Assembly: GCF_004010195.1 (NCBI RefSeq)
Contig: NC_057750.1
Location: 5,730,644 to 5,791,439 of the forward strand
Reading direction: 5' to 3'
Source of the DNA: Chiloscyllium plagiosum
Lineage: Eukaryota
Length of the DNA: 60,796 bases
A model generated the notes under the pieces. It worked only from the letters and a program-made list of their open reading frames with translations, searched no databases and was not told where the DNA came from. This document shows positions 59,201 to 60,796 of this stretch, in pieces. The position numbers and the translations under genes were made by a program. The stretch's first letter is position 1, and each line of letters begins with the position of its first letter.

Positions 59201-59372
59201 GCCTTCTCTTTCTCATGATTGTCAGGAGATGGGGATACCTCTGCCAGATGAAGGACAGACAAGTTACAACCTCACCTGACAAAGTCACCTTCAGACATCC
59301 CGTACGTGGTAGCGAGTTTGTTCAGCTCCAAAGTTTGTTCAGAGTTTAATTCATCAACATCCACTTCAACAT
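17204..59372 (-). CDS. CLASRP: CLASRP (SFRS16), partial multi-exon gene; last 14 coding exons, 5' end outside the window
   Basis: Spliced translation gives DVEVDVDELNSEQ...MLRKDKEEVEAIKHAKALEEEKAMYSGRRSRRQRREFREKRLKGRKISPPSYARRDSPTYDPYKR...EEKITYITSFGGS...PKLTPQEKLKLRMQKALNKQFKADKKAAQEK...EREDELRAMARKIRLK...RSRSRSPHHRH*, recognised as vertebrate CLASRP. All junctions are GT-AG and in phase; total 1322 nt. Confidence 0.97.
17650..17965 (-). mobile_element. HE1/V-SINE-type SINE in the last CLASRP intron
   Basis: Reverse complement of the family consensus. Confidence 0.92.
18289..18316 (-). CDS. CLASRP: CLASRP microexon (28 nt) GRDYSSSSRR
   Basis: ctctag acceptor, gtaaga donor; the phase bridges the flanking exons; resembles human SREYSSSRR. 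Confidence 0.9.
19010..19480 (+). mobile_element. CR1 3' fragment
   Basis: DLRGNLF..VWNELPEEVVE motif. Confidence 0.88.
19839..19965 (+). mobile_element. Short Penelope-derived element, hammerhead core partly deleted
   Basis: cctgaagggcttatgcccgaaacgtcg; flanked by cacctctcattga direct repeats. Confidence 0.75.
22380..23535 (-). mobile_element. Relatively intact CR1 3' portion (RT C-terminus and tail), second subfamily
   Basis: ORFs 23020-23511 and 22464-23015: GVPQESVLGPQLF, KFADDTKLGG, LVRPHLEYCVQFWSP. Confidence 0.95.
24997..25079 (-). CDS. CLASRP: CLASRP exon (83 nt) ERERRDKERDEWEKEYPRRSRSCSPRHG
   Basis: tgcag acceptor, gtatgt donor; matches ERERREKEREEWERQY. Confidence 0.94.
25522..25857. 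repeat. Tandem duplication, 2 x ~168 bp, spanning flank and SINE tail
   Basis: Copies start at 25522 and 25689; they differ by one substitution and one indel. Confidence 0.9.
25752..26063 (-). mobile_element. HE1/V-SINE-type SINE
   Basis: Reverse complement of the family consensus. Confidence 0.9.
27166..27512 (+). mobile_element. HE1/V-SINE-type SINE
   Basis: Head, V-domain and tail present. Confidence 0.9.
27616..27870. repeat. Tandem duplication, 2 x 126 bp separated by ATA
   Basis: 27616-27741 and 27745-27870; single gacgt/gatgt difference. Confidence 0.92.
28197..28258. repeat. Imperfect (GA)n microsatellite, (UC)n in the CLASRP pre-mRNA
   Basis: Direct inspection. Confidence 0.9.
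28274..28320 (-). CDS. CLASRP: CLASRP exon (47 nt) EREDELRAMARKIRLK
   Basis: ttttcag acceptor, gtaata donor. Confidence 0.97.
29333..29678 (+). mobile_element. HE1/V-SINE-type SINE
   Basis: Head, V-domain and tail present. Confidence 0.92.
31040..31410 (+). mobile_element. Second tRNA-headed SINE-like family (other copies near 1066-1900, 52010-52360, 59690-60180)
   Basis: ggttcaaatcc box B; shared body catctggtt..atgtcctttagggaaggaaactgcc...gggcaataaatgctggcc. Confidence 0.65.
31773..32098 (-). mobile_element. HE1/V-SINE-type SINE
   Basis: Reverse complement of the family consensus; (tagat/tacat)n tail. Confidence 0.92.
32482..32540 (-). CDS. CLASRP: CLASRP exon (59 nt) KADKKAAQEKQMQQEQERQ
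   Basis: ctccag acceptor, gtaatc donor. Confidence 0.96.
33760..33820 (-). CDS. CLASRP: CLASRP exon (61 nt) PKLTPQEKLKLRMQKALNKQF
   Basis: tttcttccag acceptor, gtaagg donor. Confidence 0.97.
34905..35136. mobile_element. Palindromic Penelope-derived element with hammerhead cores on both strands
   Basis: Arms ~34905-35004 and 35007-35103; CUGAUGA..GAAA on - at 34971-35002 and on + at 35011-35038. Confidence 0.82.
35200..35520 (-). mobile_element. Old Deu-domain (SacSINE1/AmnSINE-like) SINE remnant; similar remnants near 18760, 33150 and 57000
   Basis: gcagcagccaatttgc..caagctcccacaaacaacag and tttaatgcctcatctgaaa..ctctgacag motifs, recalled as Deu-SINE-like. Confidence 0.5.
37217..37256 (-). 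CDS. CLASRP: CLASRP exon (40 nt) SDTPVGKESGAAK
   Basis: ttccag acceptor; in-frame donor AAA|gtcagt, competing gtaaga donor 4 nt downstream. Confidence 0.93.
37555..38310 (+). mobile_element. CR1 3' fragment
   Basis: KCEVLHFGK, QFWSPSYRKDVVKLERVQRFTRM, RGDLIEVYKIM. Confidence 0.92.
38334..38510. mobile_element. Palindromic short element (cagcaggtctggcagcatct family), probably Penelope-derived; relatives at 37465-37545, 40480-40575 and 44250-44550
   Basis: cagcaggtctggcagcatctg / agatgctgccagacctgctg inverted arms. Confidence 0.65.
38821..39024 (-). CDS. CLASRP: CLASRP exon (204 nt) SRSHSRSDDRYRRSSR...KETLGKVAATPAMGEKLKK
   Basis: ttaag acceptor, gtaagc donor; PAMGEKLKK matches human PAVGEKLKK. 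Confidence 0.93.
41346..42292. mobile_element. Non-autonomous Tc1/mariner (Tigger/pogo-like) DNA transposon, ~950 bp
   Basis: TA-flanked TIRs CAGAGGAACCTCGGTTATCC / GGATAATCGAGGTTCCTCTG; interrupts a LINE fragment. Confidence 0.85.
42955..43605 (+). mobile_element. CR1 3' fragment with a duplicated tail
   Basis: gagttggactgaagg occurs twice (43518 and ~43591). Confidence 0.85.
43753..43998 (-). CDS. CLASRP: CLASRP RS-rich exon (246 nt) RRSSSSSRSSRSRSGSRNYRSRGHRRSSRYSRSRSRNRHYSG...GRRSR
   Basis: ttccacag acceptor after a pyrimidine tract, gtatgc donor; RS dipeptides, CpG-rich. Confidence 0.92.
47480..49830 (-). mobile_element. Degenerate CR1 LINE, ~2.3 kb of ORF2
   Basis: EPWMTRDI, KSSGPDGIYPQILK, PEDWKIANV, VRPHLEYCVQFWSP across frameshifted ORFs. 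Confidence 0.93.
48278..48451. mobile_element. MITE of the same Tigger-like family inserted into the CR1
   Basis: CAGAGGAATCTCGATTATCC / GGATAATCGAGGTCCCTCTG TIRs. Confidence 0.82.
51449..51667 (-). CDS. CLASRP: CLASRP exon (219 nt) SQSESSSGTRSRSRSNSPAHEEKITYITSFGGSEDEG...HTSSSR
   Basis: tttcag acceptor; in-frame donor CG|gtcggt chosen by phase with the next exon; alternative gtaatt 4 nt further. Confidence 0.9.
53360..53885 (+). mobile_element. CR1 3' fragment
   Basis: MRRNFFSHRVLNLWNSL motif and tail. Confidence 0.88.
54060..54500 (-). mobile_element. CR1 3' fragment
   Basis: Reverse complement of CR1 C-terminal sequence. Confidence 0.82.
55106..55145 (-). ncRNA. Minimal type I hammerhead ribozyme motif, sense to CLASRP
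   Basis: UCA-CUGAUGA-U-GUUACC-uagcca-GGUAAU-GAAA-U-GUC^-UGG. Confidence 0.7.
56045..56084 (+). ncRNA. Minimal type I hammerhead ribozyme motif (Penelope terminal repeat)
   Basis: CCA-CUGAUGA-U-GUUACC-uagcca-GGUAAU-GAAA-U-GUC^-UGG; helix I CCA/UGG; predicted cleavage after 56081. Confidence 0.72.
56669..56710 (-). CDS. CLASRP: CLASRP exon (42 nt) YARRDSPTYDPYKR
   Basis: ttttcag acceptor, gtaaat donor; matches the CLASRP motif. Confidence 0.96.
57802..57875 (-). CDS. CLASRP: CLASRP exon (74 nt) GRRSRRQRREFREKRLKGRKISPPS
   Basis: tttgtag acceptor, gtacag donor. Confidence 0.96.
58044..58122 (-). CDS. CLASRP: CLASRP exon (79 nt) MLRKDKEEVEAIKHAKALEEEKAMYS
   Basis: aag acceptor, gtaagg donor; near-identical to CLASRP. 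Confidence 0.97.
58781..59085 (-). mobile_element. HE1/V-SINE-type SINE
   Basis: Reverse complement of the family consensus. Confidence 0.9.
59276..59372 (-). CDS. CLASRP: CLASRP exon (97 nt) DVEVDVDELNSEQTLELNKLATTYGMSEGDFVR
   Basis: ag acceptor at 59373-74, gtgag donor at 59271-75; matches CLASRP DVEVDVDEL...ATTYGM.DGDFVR. Confidence 0.95.
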
Positions 59373-60492
59373 CTTAAGGGTAGGAAGTAAATATTCAGAA
59401 AACTTTACACAAGAACGATTGAGACTAGCAGAAGAAATAAACCCTTAACCATGTACTGGCCTTCAAAGGTAAAGAGGGACAACCTGCACATTCAGCAACA
59501 AACTGGAGGCGCTCTCTCTTCCAGACTTAATCATTTGTAAAACAAAAATAACAGCTATGCTGCAAGAAGTCTGTACAAGCGAGAATACAGTCACCTCCAA
59601 GATGTGTGCACAGTCTATTGCTCCAACTATTTCCTGTGATGGATTTGTAAGATGCTTTCTTTAACAGAAAAGGAAACAATATTTTTTTAAAAATGCGCTC
59701 ATGGGATGGAGCATCAATGGCAAGGCCAGCATTTGTTATCCATCCCCAATTGCCTTTGGGAGCAGTTAAGAGTTCTCTACTCTCCGTCACAGATTATATT
59801 TAAAACAGAGTACAATTAGTGAGAAATCCAGCTCATTTCTCATCCTCTACTTGTTTCTTGCTTTATTCCTTCACAGGATGGGAGTGTGTTGCTGGTATTT
59901 GTCAGCCTTCCCCAAATTACCTTGAACCAAGTGGCTTTCTAGGATCATTTCAGACAGCAGTGAAGACTCAGCTACATTGTTATGATCTGGAGTCATATGA
60001 TGGCCAAACCAGATAAGGACAGCAGACCCCCTTCCCTAAAGGAAAGTTGATGATTGTTTCCTGGTCACCATTATTTTTCTCAACTTTTAATATCTTTGTT
60101 GGTGGGATTTGAACCTATATCCCCAAAGCATTAGCCTAGGTCTCTGGATAACTAGTCCAACATTACCACCACATCACCATCTCCACCTCTTCTAGTAATT
60201 CACCTCACGCCATACATTGGTATTCTGAGTTCACCAGATGGTTTTAGCTTCATTATGTTACTGGTTAGGTAACCAGAGACATTTATGACGGAGTGAAGAA
60301 TTTATTGCCACCATGCAAATTAAATTAAACATGTCAGCTTAATTCAGTTAAAAAGAACCATAAAGTGACAGGTTAGAGCTTGACTCTCAAGACAGAAACA
60401 TACAGCATGACACTTCAGTGGAGTGCTGCACTGTCAGACAGGCAACTTTCAGACGAAAAGTCAAACCTGACATTAAAAGGTAATAATCTTTG

Positions 60493-60796
60493 AGGAGAAA
60501 ATGAGGACTGATGATGCTGGAGATCAGAGCTGAAAATGTGTTGCTGGAAAAGCACAGCAGGTCAGGCAGCATCCAAGGAACAGGAGAATCGACGTTTCGG
60601 GCAATAGCCCTTCTTCAGGAATGAGGAAAGTGTGTCCAGCAGGCTAAGATAAAAGATAGGGAGGAGGGACTTGGGGGAGGGGCGTTGGAAATGCGATAGG
60701 TGGAAGGAGGTCAAGATGAAAGTGATAGGCTGGAGTGGGGTGGGGGCGGAGAGGTCAGGAAGAAGATTGCAGGTTAGGAAGGCAGTGCTGAGTTCG
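60493..60796 (-). mobile_element. Penelope-derived terminal region running off the window edge
   Basis: gagaaaatgaggactga..gctggagatcagag family followed by a purine-rich extension that the short copies lack. Confidence 0.7.
60587..60622 (-). ncRNA. Minimal hammerhead ribozyme motif with an intact core, sense to CLASRP
   Basis: AUUC-CUGAAGA-A-GGGC-UAUU-GCCC-GAAA-C-GUC^-GAUU. Confidence 0.7.

Noticed and set aside
59373..60490. Next upstream CLASRP exon (acidic, ending ...EVIPDI)
   Set aside because: No matching frame with splice sites was found; it must lie beyond the window

Overview
Eukaryotic, repeat-rich vertebrate DNA. The repeat content (HE1/V-SINE-type tRNA SINEs with CR1/HER1-type tails, CR1 LINE fragments, Penelope derivatives) points to a shark genome; this is an inference. 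The only protein-coding gene I can support is the 3' two-thirds of CLASRP (SFRS16, CLK4-associating SR-rich protein) on the minus strand. It has 14 coding exons from 59372 down to the TAG at 17204-17206, all GT-AG and phase-consistent (1322 nt), followed by a ~1.75 kb repeat-free 3'UTR. Its 5' exons lie beyond the right edge. Most ORFs in the supplied track are spurious or transposon-derived. Main observations: (1) at least four sequence families of minimal hammerhead-ribozyme motifs (CUGANGA-stem II-GAAA-N-NUH) carried by Penelope-derived, often palindromic elements, several on the CLASRP sense strand; (2) a GTCA|GTAAG tandem 5' splice site that would switch CLASRP to a frameshifted, truncated/NMD isoform, matching what I recall of the mammalian short isoform, plus a second +4 tandem donor; (3) a four-deep nested insertion (Penelope-derived element, solo LTR, CR1, Penelope-derived element) with every target-site duplication still visible; (4) a dispersed minisatellite whose unit folds as a hairpin. 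No prokaryotic systems, CRISPR arrays or true tRNA/rRNA genes were found. Repeat boundaries are approximate and were read by eye.
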